Virus record (IMG/VR): IMGVR_UViG_3300048599_000897
Location: 17,477-81,476 of that record
Strand: one strand, 5' to 3'
Origin: a virus
DNA: 64,000 nt
The notes under the pieces were generated by a model. It did no database searches and was not told where the DNA came from. It worked only from the letters and a program-made list of their open reading frames with translations. The translations under genes were made by a program, and so were the position numbers. Within the stretch, counting starts at the first letter, position 1. Each line of letters begins with the position of its first letter. Below are positions 1-9,789 of the stretch, piece by piece.

Positions 1-55
1 TCATCACCAGGTCGTGGCCCAGGTCCAGATCGTCGTGGTTTTGGTTCGTGGTCAT
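1..55 (-). CDS. Partial (N-terminus) of hypothetical protein, paralog of 55710..56048
   Basis: Reverse strand reads MTTNQNHDDLDLGHDLVM, matching MKTTKQNHDDLDLGSDLQI of the second copy. Confidence 0.8.
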   Translation of the reverse strand, partial: MTTNQNHDDLDLGHDLVM

Positions 56-75
56 CGCGATCTCCTTTGCGTAAT

Positions 76-97
76 CACATGCACATTAAGCCATGCG
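76..97. promoter_or_regulatory. Candidate operator, CACATG-N10-CATGCG, in the divergent intergenic region
   Basis: Imperfect inverted repeat conserved at the same position in copy 2 (56069..56090). Confidence 0.45.
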
Positions 98-164
98 TTC
101 CGGTACACATCAAGCGGAATAATGACATAACTCGTTTAATTTCAACATGTTAGGTTGGTGCAAA

Positions 165-398
165 ATGCCCGACTCGCCCCTGCAAAACCCGGTCCAATCA
201 GCTGTTCCCGCAACGGTGAATCCATTGGCCCTGAGCGTCGAGGAAACCGCCCGGATGCTCTCGGCGGGTGGTGGTAGGCGCGTGACGCCCGAACAGGTGC
301 AGGCGGACATCGACGCCGGCGCGCCGCTCGGGCGCGATGGCCGGATCAACCTGGTCCACTATGCGGCATGGCTGGTGCGGGAGGTACAAGCGCGGTGA
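165..398 (+). CDS. HTH protein, putative terminase small subunit
   Basis: LSVEETARMLS...GRINLVHYAAWL HTH-like motif; GTGA overlap with the terminase; paralog at 56149. Confidence 0.7.
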   Translation: MPDSPLQNPVQSAVPATVNPLALSVEETARMLSAGGGRRVTPEQVQADIDAGAPLGRDGRINLVHYAAWLVREVQAR

Positions 399-2674
399 AA
401 GTCGATCCCCGAAATCTTCGCGTGGCGGAAGCGGTGCGCCTGCTCAACTCCTCCCCCTTGGGCGAGGTGGTCCAGCCGCATGTGGTCTACCGCCATCTCA
501 ACCGCGCCGCCTACAAGATCGGCGACGGGCGGAAGATCGACCTGGTGCGGTATGCCGCATGGTTGTTCCATGCGCGGCGGGAAACGTTCGAGGCGGGCTG
601 GACGGAGAAGGATTACGAAGCGCACAAGGACGCTGTCAACGCGCGCAGCCGCGCCGCCTCCGAATCGTCGCGCGACATCGCCGCTGAGGGTTGGGTCCAT
701 GAGCCCAAGAACCTGGAGCGCAAGAACGCCTGCCGTCATTCGTTCCGCAACTTCTGCGAGGCGTACTTCCCGCAGACCTTCCACCTGGCCTGGTCGCCGG
801 ACCACCTCAAGGTGATCGGCAAGATCGAGACCGCCGTCATCGATGGCGGGCTCTTTGCGATGGCCATGCCCCGCGGGTCAGGCAAGACCACGCTCTGCGA
901 GACGGCCTGCCTGTGGGCTCTTGCTTATGGGCACCGAGAGTTCGTGGCGCTGATCGGCTCGGACGAAGAACACGCCGCAGACATGCTCGACTCGATCAAA
1001 TCGGAGCTGGAGAACAATGACCTGCTGGAGGAGGACTTCTCCGAGGTGTGCGGCCCGATCCGCGCCCTGGAAGGCATCCACCAACGCGCCGCCGGCCAGC
1101 TCTATCGCGGCGCGCGGACCCACGTCGGGTGGACGGCCAAGGAGATCGTGCTGCCGACCATCGAAGGCTCTGTGGCCTCCAGTGCCATCATCAAGGTCGC
1201 CGGTATCACTGGGCGCATCCGGGGCATGAAGCACAAGCGGGCCGACGGCAAGACCACCCGGCCGTCACTGGTATTGCTGGACGATCCGCAGACCGATGAG
1301 TCGGCGCGGTCGCCCTCACAATGCGCCACGCGGGAACAGATCCTCGCCGGGGCGATCCTGGGTCTGGCCGGCCCCGGGCGGAAGATCGCCGGCCTCATGA
1401 CCCTCACGGTCGTGCGCCCTGATGACATGGCCGACCGCATCCTCGACCGCGAGAAGCATCCGCAGTGGCAGGGCGAGCGGACCAAGATGGTCTACGCATT
1501 CCCCGCCAATGAAAAACTCTGGCAGCAGTACGCCCAGTTGCGGGCCGAAGGCCAGCGGTCGGATCGTGGCGTGGGCGAGGCGACGGAGTTCTACCGCGCC
1601 AACCAGGTCGACATGAACGCCGGCGCAATTGTCGCCTGGCCCCAGCGCCACAACCCCGATGAACTCACCGCCATCCAGCACGCGATGAACCTCAAACTCG
1701 ACCTGGGGGATGCCGCGTTCTGGGCCGAATACCAGAACGAACCGTTGCCCGACGAGGTCGACGGCGAGACTCTGTCGGCCGACACCATCGCCGCCAAGAC
1801 CAATGGCATGAAGCGCGGCGAGGTGCCGGTGGGCGTCAACCACCTGACGATGTTCATCGACGTCCAGGGCACGCTCCTCTTCTGGATGGTCTGCGGGTGG
1901 GAGGAGGATTTCACGGGGTATGTGCTGGACTATGGAGAGCATCCAGACCAAAAACGCCCGTACTACACGCTGCGGGACGCCCGGCGGACGCTCATGTTGG
2001 CGCACAAGGGCACCGGCCAGGAGGGCGCAATCTTCGCGGGCCTTGATGCGCTGACCCAGGACCGGCTGAAGCGCAAGTACCGCCGCGACGACGGTGCGGA
2101 AATGACTGTCGAACGCTGCTTAATCGACGCCAACTGGGGCAACAGCACGGACATCGTCTATCAGTTCTGCCGTCAAAGCGCCCATGCCGCCATCCTCATG
2201 CCCAGTCACGGGCGCTACGTCGGCGCGGCCAGCACGCCGTTCTCCGAGTACAAGCCCAAGCGCGGTGACCGCGTCGGACTCCACTGGCGCGTTCCGGGCA
2301 CCACCGGCAAGCGCGCGGTGCGTTACGCCCTGATTGACACCAACTACTGGAAGAGTTTCGTACGTGCCCGCCTGGCGGTGCCGATGGGTGATCCGGGTTG
2401 CCTGTCGCTCTTTGCCCCAGGCCCCGGAAGTGGCCACCGGCTGCTTGCCGAGCACCTGTCCGCAGAATATCGCGTGAAGACCCAGGGACGCGGGCGTGAG
2501 TTGGAGGAATGGAAACTCCGAACGCCGGGGGCGGATAACCATTGGCTCGACTGTCTCGTCGGTTGCGCCATGGCCGCGTCCATGCAGGGCGCGGTGCTCT
2601 TTGGCACCGATGCGCGGGGTGAAGCGCGTAAGCCCCGGATGCGGCTTTCCGAGTTGCAGAGGAGTCAGCGATGA
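395..2674 (+). CDS. terL: Terminase large subunit, GpA-like
   Basis: Walker A MPRGSGKT, Walker B LLDDPQ, C-terminal nuclease motifs FIDVQ / CLIDANWG / DNHWLDC; GTG start at 395 overlaps the upstream stop. Confidence 0.9.
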   Translation: MKVDPRNLRVAEAVRLLNSSPLGEVVQPHVVYRHLNRAAYKIGDGRKIDLVRYAAWLFHARRETFEAGWTEKDYEAHKDAVNARSRAASESSRDIAAEGWVHEPKNLERKNACRHSFRNFCEAYFPQTFHLAWSPDHLKVIGKIETAVIDGGLFAMAMPRGSGKTTLCETACLWALAYGHREFVALIGSDEEHAADMLDSIKSELENNDLLEEDFSEVCGPIRALEGIHQRAAGQLYRGARTHVGWTAKEIVLPTIEGSVASSAIIKVAGITGRIRGMKHKRADGKTTRPSLVLLDDPQTDESARSPSQCATREQILAGAILGLAGPGRKIAGLMTLTVVRPDDMADRILDREKHPQWQGERTKMVYAFPANEKLWQQYAQLRAEGQRSDRGVGEATEFYRANQVDMNAGAIVAWPQRHNPDELTAIQHAMNLKLDLGDAAFWAEYQNEPLPDEVDGETLSADTIAAKTNGMKRGEVPVGVNHLTMFIDVQGTLLFWMVCGWEEDFTGYVLDYGEHPDQKRPYYTLRDARRTLMLAHKGTGQEGAIFAGLDALTQDRLKRKYRRDDGAEMTVERCLIDANWGNSTDIVYQFCRQSAHAAILMPSHGRYVGAASTPFSEYKPKRGDRVGLHWRVPGTTGKRAVRYALIDTNYWKSFVRARLAVPMGDPGCLSLFAPGPGSGHRLLAEHLSAEYRVKTQGRGRELEEWKLRTPGADNHWLDCLVGCAMAASMQGAVLFGTDARGEARKPRMRLSELQRSQR

Positions 2675-2862
2675 AAGGTGATCTTTCCAGCGACAGCAAT
2701 CTTAAGGAGGTGGATCGTGCGTCCCTCCGGGGCCTCGCCTGCCCCAAGTGCGGTTGCCGACACCTTTATGTTGTTTACACGCGAGCGAGGGCGGGCTGCA
2801 TTTTGCGGCTACGGGAATGCCGTCACTGTGGAAGGCGGATTCCGACGCGTGAACGGCTGTGA
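2671..2862 (+). CDS. Zinc-ribbon protein (NrdR N-terminal/Ogr-like)
   Basis: CPKCGC...RLRECRHCGRRIPTRE; ATGA overlap; paralog at 58637. Confidence 0.75.
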   Translation: MKGDLSSDSNLKEVDRASLRGLACPKCGCRHLYVVYTRARAGCILRLRECRHCGRRIPTRERL

Positions 2863-3002
2863 TCTCGTCACCGGCCATTCCATTAGTGTAACGAACTGCC
2901 TTCCCACCCCAATTCCGCAGCATTGTCCCAGCAGAAAATTCGAATTGCCCGTTCATCACGCCGTCCTTCCACGAAAAAACAATAGTGAAGGACACGACGT
3001 GT

Positions 3003-3200
3003 ATGGCTGACGAACTCGACGAGCAAATCCGCGAAAACGCCGCCGGCCCCAAACGGGCCAAAGGCGACTCGGTTGAGGTCGAGCAGCACTCGTTGCCCGA
3101 CCAGATCGCCGCCGACAAGTACCTGGCTAGCAAGCAGGCCAGCCGGAAAAAGGGTTTGGGAATCGCGTTCAAGAAGCTCTCTCCCCCGAGCGCCGAATAA
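3003..3200 (+). CDS. Small head-completion (gpW-position) protein
   Basis: Immediately upstream of the portal; near-identical paralog at 61006. Confidence 0.75.
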   Translation: MADELDEQIRENAAGPKRAKGDSVEVEQHSLPDQIAADKYLASKQASRKKGLGIAFKKLSPPSAE

Positions 3201-3208
3201 GGACACGG

Positions 3209-4714
3209 ATGTTTAATTGGCTCACATCTCGGAAGACGCGACCGCAGCCGGCCAAGGAAGGCCGGCGCGCGGTCCGCATTCCCAACTTCATCAAGGCGCG
3301 GTTCGATTCGGCACAGACCAATACCGAGAACCGCCGCCACTGGGCCGCCGCCGATGGACTCTCGCCCAACGCCGCCATCCGGCCGGAGATCCGCCGCATC
3401 CTCCGCAATCGCGCCCGCTATGAAGTTGCCAACAACTCCTACGCCCGCGGGATCGTCCTGACCCTGGCCAACGACACCATCGGCACCGGCCCTCGGTTGC
3501 AGATGCTCCTTACGGACCCCCTGGCCAATCGCCAGGTGGAACAGGCGTTCGGACAATGGGCTCAGGCCGTCGGTTTGGCCGACAAGCTCCGCACTATGCG
3601 GATGACCCGCGCCGACAGTGGCGAGGCCTTTGGCGTCTTTACCAGTAATCCGCTGCTGCCCACGCCGGTAAAACTCGATCTCAAGCCCGTGGAGGCCGAC
3701 CAGGTCGCCACGCCCTACGGCGGATGGTTTGATCCCCGCTTCATCGACGGGATCGTCTTTGACCCGTACGGCAACCCGGTGGAATACCACGTCCTCAAGA
3801 GTCATCCGGGCGACGCCATCGCCTGGGCCTTTGCACCCCTGGACTTCGACCGCGTTCCGGCCAGCGCCGTGATCCACTACTTCCGTGCGGACCGGCCCGG
3901 CCAGCGCCGAGGCATTCCGGAGATCACACCGGCGTTGCCGCTGTTCGCCCAACTCCGGCGTTACACGCTGGCGGTGATTGCCGCCGCCGAGACGGCCGCC
4001 GACTTTGCCGCCGTGCTCTATACCGACAGTCCCGCCAACGGCGAAGCCGATCCGGTTGAGCCGATGGATATTGTCGATCTCGAACGTCGCATGGCGACCG
4101 TACTTCCGGGCGGCTGGAAACTCGGCCAAATCACCGCCGAGCAACCCGCGACCACCTATGCCGAGTTCAAGAAAGAGATCCTCAACGAGATCGCCCGCTG
4201 TTTGAACATGCCCTTCAACGTCGCAGCCGGCAATTCCTCGGGCTATAACTACGCCTCGGGGAGACTCGACCACCAGACCTATTTCAAATCCATCCGCGTG
4301 GACCAGTCGCACATCGAGACGGCGATTCTGGATCGCATCCTGACCGCGTGGCTGAATGAAGCCATTTTGATTGAGGGTTACCTGCCCCAATCACTCAGGG
4401 CCATCGGAGCAGACTACTCGCACCAATGGTTCTGGGATGGCCAGGAACATGTGGACCCGGCCAAAGAAGCCAACGCTCAGGCGACGCGCCTGCAGAACAA
4501 CACGACCACCCTCGCTGACGAATACGCCCGCAAGGGTCAGGACTGGGAAGTTCAGTTGCGCCAGCGTGCCAAAGAAGTGGCCCTCATGAACCAACTAGGT
4601 TTGACACCGCCGCAGCCCGCCTCGCAGCCGGGCGCGCCCAATCCCGCTCCGGCTCCGACCGGGGACAACACCAACGTGGAGGAGCTCGATGAGCAACCGC
4701 TTGGAGACGAATAG
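3209..4714 (+). CDS. Phage portal protein, lambda family
   Basis: LRNRARYEVANN, DRPGQRRGIPE, NYASGRLD, HVDPAKE signatures. Confidence 0.92.
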   Translation: MFNWLTSRKTRPQPAKEGRRAVRIPNFIKARFDSAQTNTENRRHWAAADGLSPNAAIRPEIRRILRNRARYEVANNSYARGIVLTLANDTIGTGPRLQMLLTDPLANRQVEQAFGQWAQAVGLADKLRTMRMTRADSGEAFGVFTSNPLLPTPVKLDLKPVEADQVATPYGGWFDPRFIDGIVFDPYGNPVEYHVLKSHPGDAIAWAFAPLDFDRVPASAVIHYFRADRPGQRRGIPEITPALPLFAQLRRYTLAVIAAAETAADFAAVLYTDSPANGEADPVEPMDIVDLERRMATVLPGGWKLGQITAEQPATTYAEFKKEILNEIARCLNMPFNVAAGNSSGYNYASGRLDHQTYFKSIRVDQSHIETAILDRILTAWLNEAILIEGYLPQSLRAIGADYSHQWFWDGQEHVDPAKEANAQATRLQNNTTTLADEYARKGQDWEVQLRQRAKEVALMNQLGLTPPQPASQPGAPNPAPAPTGDNTNVEELDEQPLGDE

Positions 4715-6767
4715 CGACGGCGTAATCGCCGCTGCGCCCAGTGACGTGCAATGGATCGAAGCCGGTGCTGATCCCAAGACGGCCACGGCGCTACGCCGCT
4801 TTCAGATGACCGCCTATACGGGTGGGGCCATGCAACTGGCCGGCTGGCGCTTTCCCGTGGTGGTGGACATGGCGGGCATGCAAATGTCGGCCAAGCCCAA
4901 GGTCTTCCTGGAACACGACCGCACGGCGCGGGTGGGCCATATCGACCAGGTCCAGGCCTCCGAAAGCGGTCTGGCCGTGAGTGGTTTGATCTCCGCCTCC
5001 GGCAAGGCCGCTCAGGAAGTTATCGCCGACGCGATGGCGGGGTTCCCCTGGCAGGCCAGCCTGGGAGCCCGGGCGACGCAGGTCGAATGGGTGCCCGAGG
5101 GCAAGAGCGCCAAGGCGAATGGCCGCGAATTCCCAGGTCCCGTGAATATCGCACGCAAGAGCGTGCTCGGTGAAGTCAGTTTTGTCGCGCTGGGGGCGGA
5201 TGACGCCACCACGGCGCAGATCGCGGCCAAGGCCGCAGAAAGTAAGGAGCAATCGACTATGGAAACCAAGACGCCCCCCGCCCCCGTTCCCACGACCTCG
5301 GAAACGCCTGCCACCCCGGCAACGATTGCCGCCGCAGCGCCGGCAACGCAGCCGGCCTCGTTGCCCACGCCGGTGGAACAGATGCGGGCGGAGGCGGCTG
5401 CCGAGACGCTGCGTATCGCGGCCGTGCGCAAAGCGTGCGCAGGAGGGGGAGGCAAATATGCCGACCTCGAGGCCCGGGCAATTACCGAGGGGTGGGATGC
5501 GGCACGGACTGAACTGGAGGTCCTGCGCGCCAGTCGGCCCGCGACGCCGGTCACCGGTGTCATGGCAGGCGGCGGGGCCGGGGGTGGCGGAGCGCCGGTT
5601 GCGGTCATCCGGGGGAGCGATGCTCCGGTGACGGGCCGCATGTTGGAAGCCGCCTGCTTCATGACGGCCAAGCTCGCCAGCATTGAGAAACTTTTCGACG
5701 CCCAGACCCTGGAGGCGGCGGATCGGAAGTTCCACGGCAGCCTGGGTCTGCAGGAACTACTGCTGGAGGCTGCGTGGGCCAATGGTTACACGGGCCGCAA
5801 CTTCCGCGATTCCCGTGCGGTCATGCAGTATGCCTTCGCCGGCAATTGGGGCGGGCAGGATGTGCGCGCCGCGGATTCCTCCACCATCGACATCGGCGGC
5901 ATCCTCTCCAACGTCGCCAACAAGTTCCTGCTCGAAGGATTCTTCAGCGTCGAACGCACCTGGCGGAACATCTGCGCCGTGCGCAACGTCAACGACTTCA
6001 AGACCGTGACGAGTTACCGGCTCATCGGCACCGACCAGTACGAGCAGGTTGCCCCCGGCGGCGAACTCAAGCACGGCAACTTGGGCAACGAGACCTACAC
6101 GAACAAGGCCGACACCTACGGGTTGCTCTTGTCCGCTGATCGCCGGGACATCATCAACGACGACCTGGGCGCGATCACCACGGTGCCCCGGAAGTTGGGG
6201 CGCGGCAGCGGCCTGAAGATCAACGATGTCTTCTGGACGATTTTTCTGGCGAATTCCGCGTTCTTCGCGACGGGCAACAAGAACTATCTCTCCGGTGCGA
6301 CCACCGCACTCACCATCGACGGCCTTACCGTCGCCGAGCAGACCTTCATGGACCAGGTGGACTCCGATGGCAAGCCCATTGGGATCATGCCCTCCGTCGT
6401 GCTGGTGCCCACGGCGCTGTCGGCGATGGGTACGCAGCTCAACAAGTCCCTGGAAATCCGTGACACCACAGCTTCGACCAAGTACCCCATCGCCAACCCC
6501 CACCAGGGCAAGTACCGCACCGAAGTCAGCCGCTACCTGGGCAACACCAAGTACACCGGCAACTCCACCAAGGCCTGGTATCTGCTGGCCGACCCCGTCG
6601 ATCTCCCGGTGATTGAGGTCGCCTTCCTCAACGGCCAGGAGTCGCCCACCATCGAGACGGCGGAGGCGGACTTCAATTACCTGGGTATCCAGATGCGCGG
6701 CTATCACGATTTCGGCGTGGCGTTGCAGGACCCGCGCGGGGGCGTGAAGAGCAAGGGCGAGGCGTAA
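4689..6767 (+). CDS. Prohead protease-scaffold-major capsid fusion
   Basis: N-terminal protease motifs (AYTGG, EHD...VGH, WQASLGA, EVSFVALGAD), Ala/Pro-rich linker, C-terminal capsid-like domain ending RGYHDFGV. Confidence 0.85.
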   Translation: MSNRLETNSDGVIAAAPSDVQWIEAGADPKTATALRRFQMTAYTGGAMQLAGWRFPVVVDMAGMQMSAKPKVFLEHDRTARVGHIDQVQASESGLAVSGLISASGKAAQEVIADAMAGFPWQASLGARATQVEWVPEGKSAKANGREFPGPVNIARKSVLGEVSFVALGADDATTAQIAAKAAESKEQSTMETKTPPAPVPTTSETPATPATIAAAAPATQPASLPTPVEQMRAEAAAETLRIAAVRKACAGGGGKYADLEARAITEGWDAARTELEVLRASRPATPVTGVMAGGGAGGGGAPVAVIRGSDAPVTGRMLEAACFMTAKLASIEKLFDAQTLEAADRKFHGSLGLQELLLEAAWANGYTGRNFRDSRAVMQYAFAGNWGGQDVRAADSSTIDIGGILSNVANKFLLEGFFSVERTWRNICAVRNVNDFKTVTSYRLIGTDQYEQVAPGGELKHGNLGNETYTNKADTYGLLLSADRRDIINDDLGAITTVPRKLGRGSGLKINDVFWTIFLANSAFFATGNKNYLSGATTALTIDGLTVAEQTFMDQVDSDGKPIGIMPSVVLVPTALSAMGTQLNKSLEIRDTTASTKYPIANPHQGKYRTEVSRYLGNTKYTGNSTKAWYLLADPVDLPVIEVAFLNGQESPTIETAEADFNYLGIQMRGYHDFGVALQDPRGGVKSKGEA

Positions 6768-6779
6768 GCGCCGCCCTGA

Positions 6780-6802
6780 CCCTCCCCCGGCTTGGGGGAG
6801 GG
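6780..6802 (+). other. Stem-loop after the capsid gene (CCCTCCCCC/GGGGGAGGG); no U-tract, so possibly an mRNA stabiliser or REP-like palindrome
   Basis: 9-bp perfect stem with a 5-nt loop. Confidence 0.4.
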
Positions 6803-6848
6803 GGCAGATGATTCCAACTTCAGTCAAATCATTCGAAAGGATTCCGAT

Positions 6849-7181
6849 ATGGGTGCAATTTTTGTGCAAGACGACGAGATGGTCGACTACACGCCCGGGT
6901 CCGATGTGGCCGCAGGCGCTGTGGTAGTCCAGAACGATCTGGTGGGTGTGGCGCTGCGGCCCATCCCGGCCAACTCGCTGGGCAGCCTGGCCGTCGAGGG
7001 CGTTTTTGACTTCCCCAAATCGACCGCCGGCGGCAGCGCCATCGCTGCCGGCATTACGGTCTATTGGGCCGCCGGCGCACAGCAGGCCACCGCAACATCC
7101 GCGGGTAACAAGCTCCTGGGCAAAGTGGTCCGCGCCGCGGCCGACGCCGACGCGACCGTACGCGTTCGCCTCATGCAGTAA
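6849..7181 (+). CDS. DUF2190-like capsid cement/decoration protein
   Basis: DYTPGSDVAAGAVV...GVFDFPK...VRVRL pattern; located after the capsid gene. Confidence 0.8.
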   Translation: MGAIFVQDDEMVDYTPGSDVAAGAVVVQNDLVGVALRPIPANSLGSLAVEGVFDFPKSTAGGSAIAAGITVYWAAGAQQATATSAGNKLLGKVVRAAADADATVRVRLMQ

Positions 7182-7190
7182 GGAGCCCCT

Positions 7191-7577
7191 ATGGCCGATC
7201 TTCTGCAAAAAGCATCGGCCTGGCTGGAAGACCAACGGGCGCGTCACATGACGCAGCCCGTGGTCTACCAGCGGGGCGCTCCTCCCGGCAACACGGTCTC
7301 GGTCTTCGCCACGATCGGCGAAACGATCTTTCGGATCGATGACGGGGCCGGAGCGCTGCTACGAGTGGAGTCGCGGGACTATTTGATCACGGCATCGGAC
7401 CTGGTGATCAACGGATCGCCAGTCATTCCCCGGCGTGGGGATCGCATCCTGGAGACTCAAGGGAACCGGACCTTCATCTACGAAGTGTCGGCTCCCGGCG
7501 ATGAACCCGAATGGCGCTGGAGCGATCCGTACCGGCGAACACTCCGCATTCACACCCTGCAGGTGGATACGCAATGA
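7191..7577 (+). CDS. Head-tail joining protein
   Basis: Position; PRRGDRI and WRWSDP motifs typical of head-closure proteins. Confidence 0.7.
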   Translation: MADLLQKASAWLEDQRARHMTQPVVYQRGAPPGNTVSVFATIGETIFRIDDGAGALLRVESRDYLITASDLVINGSPVIPRRGDRILETQGNRTFIYEVSAPGDEPEWRWSDPYRRTLRIHTLQVDTQ

Positions 7578-7813
7578 GCAAACGAACCAGCACTCGAGTC
7601 TCCGGCCGCGAAATGGCCGAGGTTCACGACAAACTCGACCGCCTCGATGAGGCGATCCGCGGTAACGGCCGCCCGGGCCTGCGCCAGCGCCTCGAACGGT
7701 TGGAAGAGGCGGCCGCGTCCCGCAGCCGGTTGACGTGGATTGTCATTGGCGCGTTCGTCAGCGCCGGTGCCTCGGCCGTTATGCAACTTCTTCAGTTCTT
7801 CGGAAAACACTGA
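7574..7813 (+). CDS. Small coiled-coil protein with a C-terminal TM helix (holin/XhlA-like)
   Basis: LDEAIRGNGRPGL coiled coil plus hydrophobic WIVIGAFVSAGASAVM; ATGA overlap. Confidence 0.6.
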   Translation: MSKRTSTRVSGREMAEVHDKLDRLDEAIRGNGRPGLRQRLERLEEAAASRSRLTWIVIGAFVSAGASAVMQLLQFFGKH

Positions 7814-7824
7814 AAGCGAGACCC

Positions 7825-8271
7825 ATGCCCCTACCTCTCGACATTGCCGACGCGGTTGTTGCCGAACTCAATGCGGCACAGGTTGACCCCGCTCCCGGCT
7901 TCGGCCAGACGTTCACCGCCACGCGGGCCTACCGCCCCGTGTTTGACCTGGCGGACCTGAAAACACTGCGGGTGACGGTGGTGCCCAAGGGTATCGAAAT
8001 TATCAACATCACCCGCAACGCCAACCAGAACGACGTATCCGTGGACGTGGCGGTGCAGAAGAAGGTCAATCCCGCCGACGCCGCCGAGATGGATGCCTTG
8101 ATGACGCTGGTAGAAAAGCTCGGCGACTTCTTCCGCCTCCGGCGATTGGCGGCACTCCCTACCGCGCTGTGGACCAAGACCGAGAATGTTCCGATTTACT
8201 CGCCCGAGCATTTGGAGACCAAGCAGGTCTTCACCAGTGTCCTGACGCTGACCTTCCGCGTCGTGAAGTGA
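7825..8271 (+). CDS. Tail terminator / minor tail protein
   Basis: Position in the head-tail block; VDVAVQKK and SVLTLTFRV motifs. Confidence 0.65.
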   Translation: MPLPLDIADAVVAELNAAQVDPAPGFGQTFTATRAYRPVFDLADLKTLRVTVVPKGIEIINITRNANQNDVSVDVAVQKKVNPADAAEMDALMTLVEKLGDFFRLRRLAALPTALWTKTENVPIYSPEHLETKQVFTSVLTLTFRVVK

Positions 8272-8295
8272 ACGCTTCCGCTCATCGGAGAAACC

Positions 8296-8550
8296 ATGAA
8301 CAACTTCATCATGCGCAAGATCGTCGTCAATGGAGCCTACCAGGCGATCTCGTCGACCAAGCTCATCGCGACGGTGACGATCTCCTGCCCCCCGGCCAAT
8401 ACCGGCACCGTCTACTTCAAGGGCGACAACGGCCTGGACGTGCCGTGGATTCCTGGCGAGTGGCATGAATTCAAGAACATCGACCTGTCGGGAATCCAGG
8501 TCAAAGGCAACACCAACGATGTGGTGACTGTAGTTGGAGGGACCTGGTGA
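8296..8550 (+). CDS. Small beta-rich hypothetical virion protein
   Basis: RBS (ggag) and tight packing. Confidence 0.65.
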   Translation: MNNFIMRKIVVNGAYQAISSTKLIATVTISCPPANTGTVYFKGDNGLDVPWIPGEWHEFKNIDLSGIQVKGNTNDVVTVVGGTW

Positions 8551-8553
8551 ACT

Positions 8554-8832
8554 ATGGGATACGGCGGCAGCACATTTTCCGGCACGCTCAGCGTGGATTT
8601 GGTCACGGCGGACGTGAACGCCATCGTCAGCGGCATCTGTGGCTATTACGGCAGCACGCTGTCGGACCTGGCCACGCAACTGGGAGTCATTCAGGGCAAC
8701 CTTTTTGATTTCACGTACTACCGCTCCATCGCGGATGTTCTCGTGAGCATTGAACAGGCGGTCTGGGGCATCCGCTACCAGACCGACCGTTTCCAGTTCG
8801 ATTGGAATAACCGGTTGTACATCACCTCGTAA
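8554..8832 (+). CDS. Hypothetical protein
   Basis: Tightly packed + strand ORF. Confidence 0.6.
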   Translation: MGYGGSTFSGTLSVDLVTADVNAIVSGICGYYGSTLSDLATQLGVIQGNLFDFTYYRSIADVLVSIEQAVWGIRYQTDRFQFDWNNRLYITS

Positions 8833-8848
8833 TTTGCGGAGTGCATTC

Positions 8849-9382
8849 ATGGCTAGCGCCCCCTTACAAGCAGCACCTCAATCCACCATCGTCTCCATAA
8901 GCGATGGCACCACTACCACCAAGGCGATCCAGGATGTCTCGGGTCGGATCATCACGGCCACGCAGGTGACACAGATTCGCGATGGGCAGCAACTCGAGCT
9001 AGATAAGGTCACGGCGATCCGCGATCAACTGGTCGCCGGTGAAGCGTCGGCCGTCGATTTGATTGTCAATCAGGCCCGCGATGAGTTCCAACGCCGTCTG
9101 GCCGTTCTGGACTTGCAGAAGGCGGATCTGAATGCCTCGCTGCAGAAACTCAAGGACGGCGATGTCTCACTGCGCCAGGAGATCATCCAGAAGATGGTCA
9201 CTCGGCTCAGCGCCCGGATCGATTTGATGACCGGGTCGCGCGACCGCTCCAACCAAATCCTCGACCAACTGCAGACGGCTGTCGCCGGGGATGCCGCCCC
9301 AGTCATGGCACCCAACACCGCCATCGCGCCCAAGGTATCGGCTCCTCCGGACAGCGCCCCCAGTACCGAGACGCCGGGATGA
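8849..9382 (+). CDS. Coiled-coil hypothetical protein
   Basis: Heptad-rich ORF overlapping the next start. Confidence 0.6.
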   Translation: MASAPLQAAPQSTIVSISDGTTTTKAIQDVSGRIITATQVTQIRDGQQLELDKVTAIRDQLVAGEASAVDLIVNQARDEFQRRLAVLDLQKADLNASLQKLKDGDVSLRQEIIQKMVTRLSARIDLMTGSRDRSNQILDQLQTAVAGDAAPVMAPNTAIAPKVSAPPDSAPSTETPG

Positions 9383-9765
9383 TGAAGGCAACCACCAGGT
9401 TCGACGGCAAAAAGGTCCGGGACGCCGCCAGAAAAGGCAGCATCACCAGCCTGGGCCACGCCGGTGCCGCGATCCGCCTGCAGGCCAGGCACTCGATTCG
9501 CAAGGGCAAGAAGCCCTCGCCCGCGGGTACGCCGCCGCATACCAGGAAGGGACGCCTGCGAAACGCCATCAAGTACGCCGTGACGGAAGGCAAACAGTCG
9601 GTGGTGATTGGACCGGATTACGTGGTAGCGGCCGATTCCGGCGTGGCCCACGAATTCGGCGGCCGGTTTCGCCGCGAGCGCTACGACAAACGCCCCTTCA
9701 TGGGGCCGGCTCTGGAGAACGTGAAAGACCGCCTGCCCTCAATGTGGGCGGGCTCCGTGAAATAG
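9379..9765 (+). CDS. Tail-completion / virion morphogenesis protein (HK97 gp10-like)
   Basis: Basic protein with AHEFGG and RPFMGPAL motifs. Confidence 0.75.
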   Translation: MMKATTRFDGKKVRDAARKGSITSLGHAGAAIRLQARHSIRKGKKPSPAGTPPHTRKGRLRNAIKYAVTEGKQSVVIGPDYVVAADSGVAHEFGGRFRRERYDKRPFMGPALENVKDRLPSMWAGSVK

Positions 9766-9789
9766 CCCCCTCGAAATGGAGAACCAACC

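Noticed and set aside
2702-4390. 562-aa antisense ORF
   Set aside because: Shadow of the portal gene in high-GC DNA; no motifs
5757-7247. 496-aa antisense ORF
   Set aside because: Shadow of the capsid and DUF2190 genes
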